Below are positions 1 to 8,569 of a stretch of 64,000 nt of DNA, one piece after another (positions within the stretch are counted from its first letter, which is position 1; the number at the start of each line of letters is the position of its first letter). The DNA is taken from positions 2,592,001 through 2,656,000 of the forward strand of contig OY760074.1 in the NCBI GenBank assembly GCA_963663035.1, given 5' to 3'. Source of the DNA: Acidobacteriota bacterium. Its GTDB lineage: Bacteria > Acidobacteriota > UBA6911 > RPQK01 > JADFOI01. The translations under genes and the position numbers were made by a program. The notes beneath the pieces were generated by a model. That model was not told where the DNA came from. It saw nothing but the letters and a program-made list of their open reading frames with translations, and did no database searches.

Positions 1-396
1 TTCGTCGCCGATGCACCCGGGGACTGGGCGATGCACTGCCATTTCACCCACCACATCATGAACCAGATGGGGCACGAAGGACCGAATATGATCGGACTTG
101 ACACAGACGGACTGGACGGCAGAATTCGCCCGCTGCTGCCGGGGTATATGACCATGGGACAGAGCGGCATGTCGGGTATGGGGCACATGGGAATGGACGT
201 GCCCGACAACAGCATCCCGATGGTGGGAGCACCCGGCAAGCACGACTACCTCGACATGGGAGGGATGTTCACCGTATTGAAAGTTCGCGACGACATCACC
301 AGCTACCAAGACCCGGGCTGGTACGACAACCCGCCAGGAACTCTGGCAAGGCAGGCCTCGAGTGAGGAATTGAAGGCGGACGGAATCAGTGTATGA
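1..396 (+). CDS. Multicopper oxidase, C-terminal part (5' truncated by window edge)
   Basis: Frame is open from base 1: FVADAPGDWAMHCHFTHHIMNQM has the HCHxxxH copper motif, followed by a Met/Gly-rich tail and MGGMFTVLKVR. Confidence 0.85.
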   Translation, partial: FVADAPGDWAMHCHFTHHIMNQMGHEGPNMIGLDTDGLDGRIRPLLPGYMTMGQSGMSGMGHMGMDVPDNSIPMVGAPGKHDYLDMGGMFTVLKVRDDITSYQDPGWYDNPPGTLARQASSEELKADGISV

Positions 397-423
397 ACGG
401 ATGGAAATCCACTACGTGTCTTT

Positions 424-480
424 GCCCGGGTTGAGCAGGCTTCTTGGAGGTCTGATTCGGCCGGGCTTGGTCTTTACTTC
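424..480 (+). terminator. Probable intrinsic terminator after the copper oxidase
   Basis: Long GC stem GCCCGG...CCGGGC with G-U pairs on the + strand, followed by a T-rich tail. Confidence 0.5.
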
Positions 481-651
481 TGGATCTGCTTGCTGGTGAG
501 CCACTTGCGGCTGAAAGCAAGATTGAAGACGCTGTTGACCTGATGGAAGTCTGCCGCTTCTGCCCTCCAGTTCAGCCATGATTATTCCAAAACAGAAACT
601 AAAAAACGTCTGTTGACTCTAGGGGGCAACAGGGGCTACGGAGGGAAGAGG

Positions 652-698
652 GAGAAAAGGAAGGCAGGGCTAACCTCAGCGGAACCCTGCCCTCCTTT
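652..698 (-). terminator. Probable terminator of the ycnI-like gene
   Basis: Minus strand AAAGGAGGGCAGGG...CCCTGCCTTCCTTT stem (one G-U pair) ending in a U run. Confidence 0.5.
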
Positions 699-725
699 AG
701 GCAATACAAAAAACGTCTGCCTCAA

Positions 726-1319
726 TCAGGAATGGTTGTTCTTGCGACCATTCCTGAAGGCAAGCAGAGAAATCGCAAGCGCCAGCACAGCAATCGCGCT
801 TGAGCTGACCCGAACCACCCCAGCCGTGAGGATCGGTGCTTCTATCACCTGCACAGCCGCAAAGGGGTTTGCCACACCCTGGCCGCGAGGCTCGTTCCAC
901 CAAACCACGCTGCCATCGGTGTATTTCTGCCAGGAGTTGAACGGATAGAGCCCTGGCTTTTCGGGAACATTCATGCTCATGTAAATCATCTGAAAGGTTT
1001 CAACGATAGCCCCTTCACCGGTCCACCAGACTCGTTCGACCTTCCCTGTATCATCAAACTCCACATGCAGGTCCATGCCCGGGATGTCCTGAAAAGAGTT
1101 GATGTCCCCGCCGTTATCGCGCCATTCCTGAGACACTTCGAGCCCCAACTCGACCACTGGGATACTCTTTTCCACCGGTGCCCGAAGGAAAAAGACCTTG
1201 TGGTGAATCCCGGCCTCGGTGGTGCGCGGGTTGACACTCACATGCCCAAAGAGCGGAACGGCAGAAGCACCCACAACAATAAGTGCCAAGAGCAGAGTGC
1301 CCCACTTGTGTGTTCGCAT
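726..1319 (-). CDS. YcnI/DUF1775-family copper-binding exported protein with C-terminal membrane anchor
   Basis: Signal peptide then H-V-S-V-x-P mature N-terminus, QKYTDGSVVWW motif, C-terminal TM helix; GGAGG RBS before ATG 1319; next to the multicopper oxidase. Confidence 0.75.
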   Translation of the reverse strand: MRTHKWGTLLLALIVVGASAVPLFGHVSVNPRTTEAGIHHKVFFLRAPVEKSIPVVELGLEVSQEWRDNGGDINSFQDIPGMDLHVEFDDTGKVERVWWTGEGAIVETFQMIYMSMNVPEKPGLYPFNSWQKYTDGSVVWWNEPRGQGVANPFAAVQVIEAPILTAGVVRVSSSAIAVLALAISLLAFRNGRKNNHS

Positions 1320-1460
1320 GGTTGAATCCTCCATATAAAGTGATTGGAGTATAGCTAGGGACGACTGCACGAGGCTATCTTTAGTTCAATAGAGTAACCT
1401 TCGCGACTTTTCCCTACTGTTCTGGACAAAAAATTGACCTATTTGTTATTGACTATCACT

Positions 1461-1479
1461 ACAGTGGTCCCACTGTCAA
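1461..1479 (-). promoter_or_regulatory. Dyad ACAGTGG-N2-CCACTGT overlapping TTGACA; possible MerR/CueR-type operator-promoter
   Basis: Perfect 7-bp inverted repeat starting within a consensus -35 box upstream of the ycnI-like gene; the -10 box is not convincing. Confidence 0.4.
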
Positions 1480-1534
1480 GCAGAAAAGAGCCAGATGTTG
1501 GACACCACCGTGTCGATGCCAGATATCAATCCAC

Positions 1535-4500
1535 TTAAAAAACCACTCTCAAACCAAGCTGAATCTCGCGCGGGCTGTTGGTCAGGTCCTCGATAAATCC
1601 GGCGCCGGTTTGAGCGGATCCGCTTCGACTAAAGACCCGCGTGTTTGGCAAAGCGTAGTTGGCCCGGTTGAGGATGTTGAAAAATTCAGCCCGAAACTGC
1701 ACATTCACTGTTTCGGTAGCCTGGGTGTTTTTGGTCAGCGAAAAGTCCACTACGGCCACACCCGGCCCGATCAAGGTGTTTCGTCCCACCGTGCCAATCG
1801 TTCTATCGGGAGGAAAAACAAAATCTGAGACATCGAAGTATTGATCGGGACCGCCCAAAACCGGACTGGTGCTGCCACCCGGAGCCAGATCGGGAGTGTC
1901 AGTGCGAAGCCCCAGGTCACGTAAGTCGCGGCGCCCCTGTATCGTAATCATGACCGGTGGCCCATCCGACAGCTTAAAAATGCTGCTGAGCTGCCAGCCG
2001 CCCAAAACTTTCTCCGTCACGCCACTCCAGCCGCTCCCAAAGGCTTTGCCCGGCCCAAAGGGAAGCTGCCAGATGCCGCTGGCTGCAAAGGACCTGCTCA
2101 CGTGGAAGGCCGCCAGGCTTCTGTGCATGTCGGGATCCGGGTAATAGTTGACGCCACCACCCTGGTTACTAAAAGCCTGGTTGATCTGGGACGATTCATC
2201 CACGGTCCTGGAGTAGGTGTAGGCAAGCTGCAGCTGCCAGCCCGCTTGAAAGCGGCGCTGCAGGCCCATTTCCAGGCCATTGTGCCAGGAATCAATGGAC
2301 GACTCCTGGCTGAGCAGATCCAGGTTGTCAAAAGTCTGGTTGGGCAAGGCAGCAGTGTCTGCAAAGACGTAGCGCCCATTGACATTGTCCGCAGTGGCGG
2401 TATTCAGAAACACCTGGTGCATCAGGTTGAAGCCTCGAGAGCCGGCATAGCCAAGAGTCACGGCTGTTCCGGGCATAATCTCATGCTGGATGTTCAGATT
2501 CCACTGGTACATGTGAGGGTTTCTCATATAGTCAAAGGAAAACGGTTGGATGTCTGGCTGCCCCACACCCTGGGCCACTACAGCGTCAAAGATATCTGGA
2601 AAGGGAATATTCGACCCCCGGATATTGGTTTCCAACTGAAAGGGAGCGGTGCGATGCACGGCCCGAATGAAAGTATCCGATTGGATGTGATTGTAAAAGA
2701 GCCCAGCCCCCAGCCGGAGAGCGGTCTTTCCCGCACCCGTGGGATCCCAGGCCAGGCCGATTCGAGGCATGAAACTTGCCTTTGAAGGATTGTTAAACCA
2801 GGCATCGTCGGTGTCGGCGGCCAGGTATGTGATTGAGGTGTCCGTCAAGGGACTCCTCAAGTTGGCAAGCTTGTCGTTGACCTCGTAGGGCACGGTGAAA
2901 AACTCGTGCCGAAGGCCCAGGTTGACAGTGAATTGGGGAGAAACCTGCCAGTCGTCCTGGATGTACCACCCCGCGATGTTCATGCGAAGTCCCCGAATGC
3001 TGGTGGTCTCAGGTATAATGTCGCCTCGAAAGCGGTTGGGTTCGCCCAGCAACAGAAAGTCCTCCAGGGAGCCAAATGAAAATGCCCCGGCCGGGCGGGA
3101 GGGGCTGTCGCCGTTATACTGAAGACGACGCCAGGTGAACCCGAGTTTCAAGGAGTGAGCACTCCGTTCATAGATGACATCATCAAAATATTCAAAGCTG
3201 TTCACCTTTCGATCCACCCAGCCGCGTCCCAGACCGACAGTTGAGAGACCCGTGCCGTTGATCTCACCCTGAACATACTCAGCACCCAGAGGGGCCCTCC
3301 AGGCCGACTCCGGAACGAAGCGGAGGGCGGTGTCCGTGATGGGGTCCTCAGTAGACAACTGCCCCAGGCCGCGACGATTGAACCCAAAACGAAAGCTGTT
3401 GAGGACTCGAGGGGAGAAAATCTTCTTCGCCTCGAGGGTCACAAAGGTATTGTTGACAAACTCATTTTGCACCCACCGATCAATCTCCCGGGGGTTGGCC
3501 CTATCAGAGGTCTGGCGGGTCACCCGTACAAACAGGGAGTCGGAATCCGAGAGGTTGTGGTCCACTCGTACCTGGTAGAAGTCTTCGTTGGTGGGCTGGC
3601 TAAAGCCCGCCGGCTCCCGTGCCCTTCCATCCAGCAGGTCCACCGCCAGGGGCCCAGGTCTCGGCCACAGCTCAAGATAGGGGATGACATCCGCATCATA
3701 TGTCACCGGCACCAAGGGCGCGCTCGTATCGATATCTCCGTTAGCATCCAGCCGCAGCAGGCCGTTTCGTGCATCGTCGCTCAAAACGGTTCGGAATTCC
3801 GTGCGGCCGCGTCGATCCCGCAAACCTTCGTAATTGAAGAAAAAGAAGGTTTTACGCTGGATGACGGGGCCGGACAGGCTGAACCCATACTGGTTGCGCT
3901 TGAACTCCGGTCTGTCCTTTTCAATGAAATTTCCGGAGGAATCGAAAAGAGGGATATCGCGAAAATGGGCTGCATCCAGGTTGTCGTTTCGATGAAATTC
4001 ATAGATAGAGCCATGAAAGTCGTTGCCGCCGGACTTACTGACCACGTTGATGACACCCCCCGCGGCGCCTCCAAACTGGGCACTGTAGGAGTTCCTCTCG
4101 ACCTTAAACTCCTGGATGGCTTCCCCACCTATAAAATTTCCCGAGATACCTGCCGGAACGCCTTGATCAATGCTTTTCACCTCAGTCCCGTCCAGCAACA
4201 CCGAAACGTCCAGGGGACGCGCTCCGGCAATGCTGACCCGGTTGGTGAAGCCCGCGTTGGTACTTTTACCGCCTGTTGTCACAGGGACGTTTCCCGGCTG
4301 CAGCGTCAGCAGGCCGGTCATGTCGCGTCCATTGAGGGGAAGCTCGATTACCGTGTTACGATCCACCAGACCCCCCAGGGTACCTGAGGAGGTCTCCACC
4401 AGTGGGGTCTCCCCGGTCACGGTCACCCTCTCGGTGATCTCTCCCACCCTCAGGGTGACCTCCACTATCGCTCGTCGGCCGATGGTCAGCTCGATTCCTG

Positions 4501-4774
4501 TTTGGACTTCGGTCTGAAAACCGGGCAGGCTTGCTGCCACTTCATAGTCGCCCAAATTCAGATTCGCGATTCGGTACCTGCCTTCATCATCGCTCACGAC
4601 TGTTCTGGATAGTCCGGTGTCCAAGTGGGTGGCCGTCACCTCGACTCCCGGCAGGACAGCACCTGTGGCATCCTGAATGGTGCCCAAGACGGTCGCCAAA
4701 TTGACCTGGGCCCCAGCGAAAGAAAAGTGAAGGGTCAGTACCAGAAGAATGGAAGAAATTCTAGACATGTTCAT
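1535..4774 (-). CDS. TonB-dependent receptor, Oar-like (N-terminal carboxypeptidase-regulatory-like domain)
   Basis: GTIQDATGAVLPGVEVT, AIQEFKV..YSAQFG, KSGGNDFHGS, YIQDDWQV and C-terminal PREIQLGLRVVF; start 4774 or 4768. Confidence 0.92.
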   Translation of the reverse strand: MNMSRISSILLVLTLHFSFAGAQVNLATVLGTIQDATGAVLPGVEVTATHLDTGLSRTVVSDDEGRYRIANLNLGDYEVAASLPGFQTEVQTGIELTIGRRAIVEVTLRVGEITERVTVTGETPLVETSSGTLGGLVDRNTVIELPLNGRDMTGLLTLQPGNVPVTTGGKSTNAGFTNRVSIAGARPLDVSVLLDGTEVKSIDQGVPAGISGNFIGGEAIQEFKVERNSYSAQFGGAAGGVINVVSKSGGNDFHGSIYEFHRNDNLDAAHFRDIPLFDSSGNFIEKDRPEFKRNQYGFSLSGPVIQRKTFFFFNYEGLRDRRGRTEFRTVLSDDARNGLLRLDANGDIDTSAPLVPVTYDADVIPYLELWPRPGPLAVDLLDGRAREPAGFSQPTNEDFYQVRVDHNLSDSDSLFVRVTRQTSDRANPREIDRWVQNEFVNNTFVTLEAKKIFSPRVLNSFRFGFNRRGLGQLSTEDPITDTALRFVPESAWRAPLGAEYVQGEINGTGLSTVGLGRGWVDRKVNSFEYFDDVIYERSAHSLKLGFTWRRLQYNGDSPSRPAGAFSFGSLEDFLLLGEPNRFRGDIIPETTSIRGLRMNIAGWYIQDDWQVSPQFTVNLGLRHEFFTVPYEVNDKLANLRSPLTDTSITYLAADTDDAWFNNPSKASFMPRIGLAWDPTGAGKTALRLGAGLFYNHIQSDTFIRAVHRTAPFQLETNIRGSNIPFPDIFDAVVAQGVGQPDIQPFSFDYMRNPHMYQWNLNIQHEIMPGTAVTLGYAGSRGFNLMHQVFLNTATADNVNGRYVFADTAALPNQTFDNLDLLSQESSIDSWHNGLEMGLQRRFQAGWQLQLAYTYSRTVDESSQINQAFSNQGGGVNYYPDPDMHRSLAAFHVSRSFAASGIWQLPFGPGKAFGSGWSGVTEKVLGGWQLSSIFKLSDGPPVMITIQGRRDLRDLGLRTDTPDLAPGGSTSPVLGGPDQYFDVSDFVFPPDRTIGTVGRNTLIGPGVAVVDFSLTKNTQATETVNVQFRAEFFNILNRANYALPNTRVFSRSGSAQTGAGFIEDLTNSPREIQLGLRVVF

Positions 4775-4815
4775 TGACTCCCTTGGTTGAAAACTTCGAA
4801 GAAAAACTTGCAAAA

Positions 4816-4844
4816 ATAATACACCTGTTCACATTTCTTGTCAA
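4816..4844 (-). promoter_or_regulatory. Sigma70-type promoter of the TonB receptor
   Basis: TTGACA-N17-TATTAT on the minus strand. Confidence 0.65.
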
Positions 4845-4892
4845 GAGAATACTTGAGACCCAAGACATTCCATCTCTACCGGTAGAAACAGA

Positions 4893-5996
4893 TTAGTATT
4901 CGTTGAATATTCGCTGGATCTCCTTCAAATCAGAAGTCTTTGTCAGAGCCAGCTGTAAGAGGATTCGCGCCTTGTGTGCTATCAGGTTATCCCCTTCGAT
5001 AAACTTGTCCTGCGTGTTGACATTGACTCGGTTATTCATGCCCCCGCGTGCTGTCCGCACGATGGGCATCCCTCTATCCGCCAAACTTTCCAATAAGGGC
5101 TGCTGGTCGACATGGGGACCACCGCCCGTGGTCAACCCGTTGAGGACGATTCCCTTGACACCCAGGTCAGCTGCTGCCTGGATCAGTCCCGGGTCGGCGT
5201 CGAAGTAAGCCGAGATGACTTCCACTTTGGGTAGAGTCGTGATGGTATTGATGTCAAACTCAGAGTTTATGGTGTGTCGACGGGTGGGAGCGCGATAAAA
5301 GGTCACCCGGTCTGCCTCAATTATTCCGAGAACGCCATATATCGCAGACAGGTAGGCGCCGGGACGCCCGCTGGTCTTCAAGACCTCGCGGCCCGAATTG
5401 ATGGTCTGATTGTGGACAACCAGCACTCCTTTTCCGGCTGCCTCGGGAGAGAGCACCACCGAGACAGCGTCAAGGAAGTTTTTGTCTCCATCATTACTAA
5501 CGGTGCCGTGGAGACGTTGGGAGTTGGTCACGACTATGGGTTTGTCGCTTTTGACGAGTAAATGAAGAAAGTATGCTGTTTCCTCCGTAGTCACTGTGCC
5601 CTGGGTGACGATGACACCTTTCACTTCAGGATCCTGGATGATCTCGTTGACGGTGCGAGCGACGTCGACGAACTCTTTGGAGGTGAATCTGCTGCTCCCC
5701 GTGCGGATGAGATCAGTCACTTCCAGTCTCACGCTATCCAGGAGCTCCACAGTCTCTGGAAAGTTTTTACGAATATCTGAGATGGTCTGCTGGATAGGGA
5801 TACGACCGTCCAGAGTATTTGCGATTGTCCCGCCAGTGGCCACCACCTTGATCAGGGGTTTGCTCTGGTCTTGCCCAAACGCCAGCGGCCAGGCCAGCGC
5901 GACAAACAGAGTCGCAACCACCGCCAGGAGACCGAGGCTGGGCATCCCTTTCCCCTGAAAAACTGAATATCTCTGTTCTAGTCTTCTCTTCATCAT
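4893..5996 (-). CDS. Secreted type II asparaginase-family protein with non-canonical active site
   Basis: ATGGTIA motif, QGTVTTEETAYFL, KARILLQLAL..IQRIFNEY C-terminus; signal peptide. Confidence 0.85.
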   Translation of the reverse strand: MMKRRLEQRYSVFQGKGMPSLGLLAVVATLFVALAWPLAFGQDQSKPLIKVVATGGTIANTLDGRIPIQQTISDIRKNFPETVELLDSVRLEVTDLIRTGSSRFTSKEFVDVARTVNEIIQDPEVKGVIVTQGTVTTEETAYFLHLLVKSDKPIVVTNSQRLHGTVSNDGDKNFLDAVSVVLSPEAAGKGVLVVHNQTINSGREVLKTSGRPGAYLSAIYGVLGIIEADRVTFYRAPTRRHTINSEFDINTITTLPKVEVISAYFDADPGLIQAAADLGVKGIVLNGLTTGGGPHVDQQPLLESLADRGMPIVRTARGGMNNRVNVNTQDKFIEGDNLIAHKARILLQLALTKTSDLKEIQRIFNEY

Positions 5997-6009
5997 AGCC
6001 CTCCTTTTT

Positions 6010-7260
6010 TTAGTTTGTGGCGGTGCTTACCACCTCATCAAAAAGACGCAGCATGTTTTCTCCCATGATCTTGGCCACATCCTCGGAACTGTACCCTCTG
6101 TTCGAAAGTGCCTGAGCGATATTCTGGTATCCACTGGCGTCTTCGATTCCCTGGAGGTTGACGGGGTAGCCTCCAAAGTCGGTGCTGATTCCCACATAGT
6201 CCACACCCACCAGCCTCACGATGTGGTCAATATGGTCAATCAGAAGAGAGAGGGGCTGAAGGTTTCGGCGGCGCTCCTCGATCGATGCCCCCCGACGGGC
6301 TTCACTTGCTCTATTTCGCTCGTCGATAAATTCGTAAATCTTGGTTGGATCTCCTGTGTACAGAAGGGGCTCATTACCCATGAGGCGGGATCCCCGCGGA
6401 GGCCCGCTGGGCGTGGCACTTCGTCGAGTGGCTAGCTGGGGCATGGCTGGGACGCAAATGACCCCGTTCATCTTGGCCAGCGTCTGAATCATCTCATCGC
6501 TCCAACCACTGCCCAGGGATCGAGCTCCCGAGTGAGTCGTGGAGACTGGCTGTGTACTGACTGCCATCACATCCAGGATGGTTTGCTCACCGGCGTGGGA
6601 AAGATCAATCAGGATCCCCAGTCGATTCATCTCAGCCACCAATTCCCGCCCGAAATCGGTCAGGCCATAACCCTTGCCGTCATTGCTACGGCTGAACCCC
6701 ACATCGCCGATGTTATTGGCAAGGAGGTGGACCAGATTCATCTCGCGCAATCCCAGCCGGTGGAACATCCGCAGCACCCCCAGGTCACTCTCAATGGCCA
6801 GCGCTCCTTCGATGGCCAGGATACCTGCAATTTTGCCCTCTCGGCGAAGGGCTCTGACCTCCTCGGCATTGGTGGCCACTCCCACTTGATCGGGGTACTT
6901 GGCAATTTCCCGATAGAAGCGGTCAATCTGCCTGAGAGCGTCTTTGACGGCCAGATGGTTGACTTCATAAAACTCATCAATCGAGGTATTGAAGAGGGCC
7001 GCTCCCAGGCCACCCTTCTGGGCCAGGGAGAGGGTAAATCGGGGATCGGCATTGGGCTCTCCGATGGTTCCTCCTCGGCGATAAACGGATGAGATGGGAT
7101 GCATGTGCCCATCAAAGACCCAGACCCTGCTGTCTGGGGAGCTCTGGGCATAGCTGGTCAAGGACCCGGTCCAAATGGGCGGGGGGAAAATCCCCAGTGA
7201 AAACGAAAGTGCCACAAACAGAGCACCCAGGCTCAGTAGCCCACCAGTGAAGCGATGCAT
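6010..7260 (-). CDS. Membrane dipeptidase (peptidase M19) family protein
   Basis: DGHMH, AIEG, EMNRLGILIDLSH, TTHSG, GISTDFGG and KIMGENMLR motifs; N-terminal signal. Confidence 0.88.
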   Translation of the reverse strand: MHRFTGGLLSLGALFVALSFSLGIFPPPIWTGSLTSYAQSSPDSRVWVFDGHMHPISSVYRRGGTIGEPNADPRFTLSLAQKGGLGAALFNTSIDEFYEVNHLAVKDALRQIDRFYREIAKYPDQVGVATNAEEVRALRREGKIAGILAIEGALAIESDLGVLRMFHRLGLREMNLVHLLANNIGDVGFSRSNDGKGYGLTDFGRELVAEMNRLGILIDLSHAGEQTILDVMAVSTQPVSTTHSGARSLGSGWSDEMIQTLAKMNGVICVPAMPQLATRRSATPSGPPRGSRLMGNEPLLYTGDPTKIYEFIDERNRASEARRGASIEERRRNLQPLSLLIDHIDHIVRLVGVDYVGISTDFGGYPVNLQGIEDASGYQNIAQALSNRGYSSEDVAKIMGENMLRLFDEVVSTATN

Positions 7261-7270
7261 AGCTCACCTC

Positions 7271-8525
7271 CTAATTTGTCACCTCATCAAACACCCGCAG
7301 CAGGTTTTCTCCCATGATCTTGGCCACATCCTCAGAACTGTACCCTCGGCCCGAAAGGGCCTGAGCGATATTCTGGTACTCACCGGCGTTCTCAATCCCT
7401 TTGATATTGACCGAGTAGCCTCCCCAGTCTGAGCTGATCCCCACATAATCAGGCCCCACCAGCCTGACGATGTGGTCGATGACATCAATAAGGTTCGAGA
7501 GAGGAGGGATGTCCTGGCGGCGCTGGAGAATCGTTTCACTCGGTCCTGATCCCCCCCCCACCTGTTCGTTCAGCGATGAAATCGTAGATCTTGGTGGGGT
7601 CTCCCCGGTAGACCAGCGGCTCCAGTCCCATGATGCCCGAGCCGCGCTGGCGGCCTCCGTGCCACTTGGCATCGTACTCCCGGCTCACCTGCTGAGGTAA
7701 GAAGGCAACGGAAATGACTCCTCTCTTGTCGGCCAGGGCTCGGATCATGTCGTCGCTCCAGTTCCCGGGCCGATCCACCAGGGCTCGAGCCCCCGAGTGA
7801 GTCGTCGCCACCGGCTGGGTGCTGGCTGCCATCACATCCCAGATGGTTTGCTCAGCCGCGTGGGAGAGATCAATCAGAATTCCCAGTCGATTCATCTCGG
7901 CCACCAGCTCTCGGCCGTAGGCAGTCAGCCCTGACCCCTTACCCTGGTTTTTGGTGGTGTACATGACATCACCGATATTGTTCTCAAGGTTGTGGACCAG
8001 GTTCATCTCGCGCAGGCCCAGCCTGTGCAGCATGCGCAGAACTCCCAGGTCGCTCTCAATGGCAAGGGCTCCTTCAATCGCCATGACGGCTGCTAGTTTG
8101 CGCTCTCTGCGAAGGGCGCGAACATCGGCAGCATTCCTAGCCACTCCAACCTGATCCGGGAACATGGCGATTTGGCGATAGAAGTGATCAAACTGCCTCA
8201 GCGCCTCTTTGACGGCCAAATGGTTGGCTTCGAAGAACTCGTCAATCGAGGTGTTAAAAAAAGCAGCCCCCAGTCCCCCCTCTTGAGCCATGGAGAGCGT
8301 AAAGCGGGGATCGGGACTCGGCTCTCCAATGTTGCCTCCTCGCCGATAGGCGGAGGATGTGGGGTGCATGTGCCCATCAAAGTCCCAGAATTTGCCGTCC
8401 TGGAGGCTCTGGGCTTGGCTGGTCGAAGACCCGGGCCAAAAGGCCGGGGAGAAAATACCCAGTGCCAAGGCAAGTGCTAAAAGCACGGCAACCAGCATGA
8501 GCCACCGCGCACTGGAGAGATTCAT
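7271..8525 (-). pseudogene. Second M19 dipeptidase paralog, frameshifted in a G9 tract (7551-7559)
   Basis: N-terminal ORF 7536-8525 and C-terminal ORF 7271-7672 join into 417 aa if one G is removed; the paralog is 416 aa. Confidence 0.85.
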
Positions 8526-8569
8526 AGCTCACCTCCTGTGATATTCCTATGATTCTCTTCTCCTCTTGC

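Noticed and set aside
601-719. 12-bp direct repeat AAAAAACGTCTG (601-612, 708-719) as att site or target duplication
   Set aside because: It encloses only a terminator-like hairpin, is partly low-complexity, and has no other mobile-element evidence.
4775-4892. Riboswitch upstream of the TonB receptor
   Set aside because: The predicted promoter leaves a leader of only about 40 nt, and no cobalamin or TPP consensus is visible.
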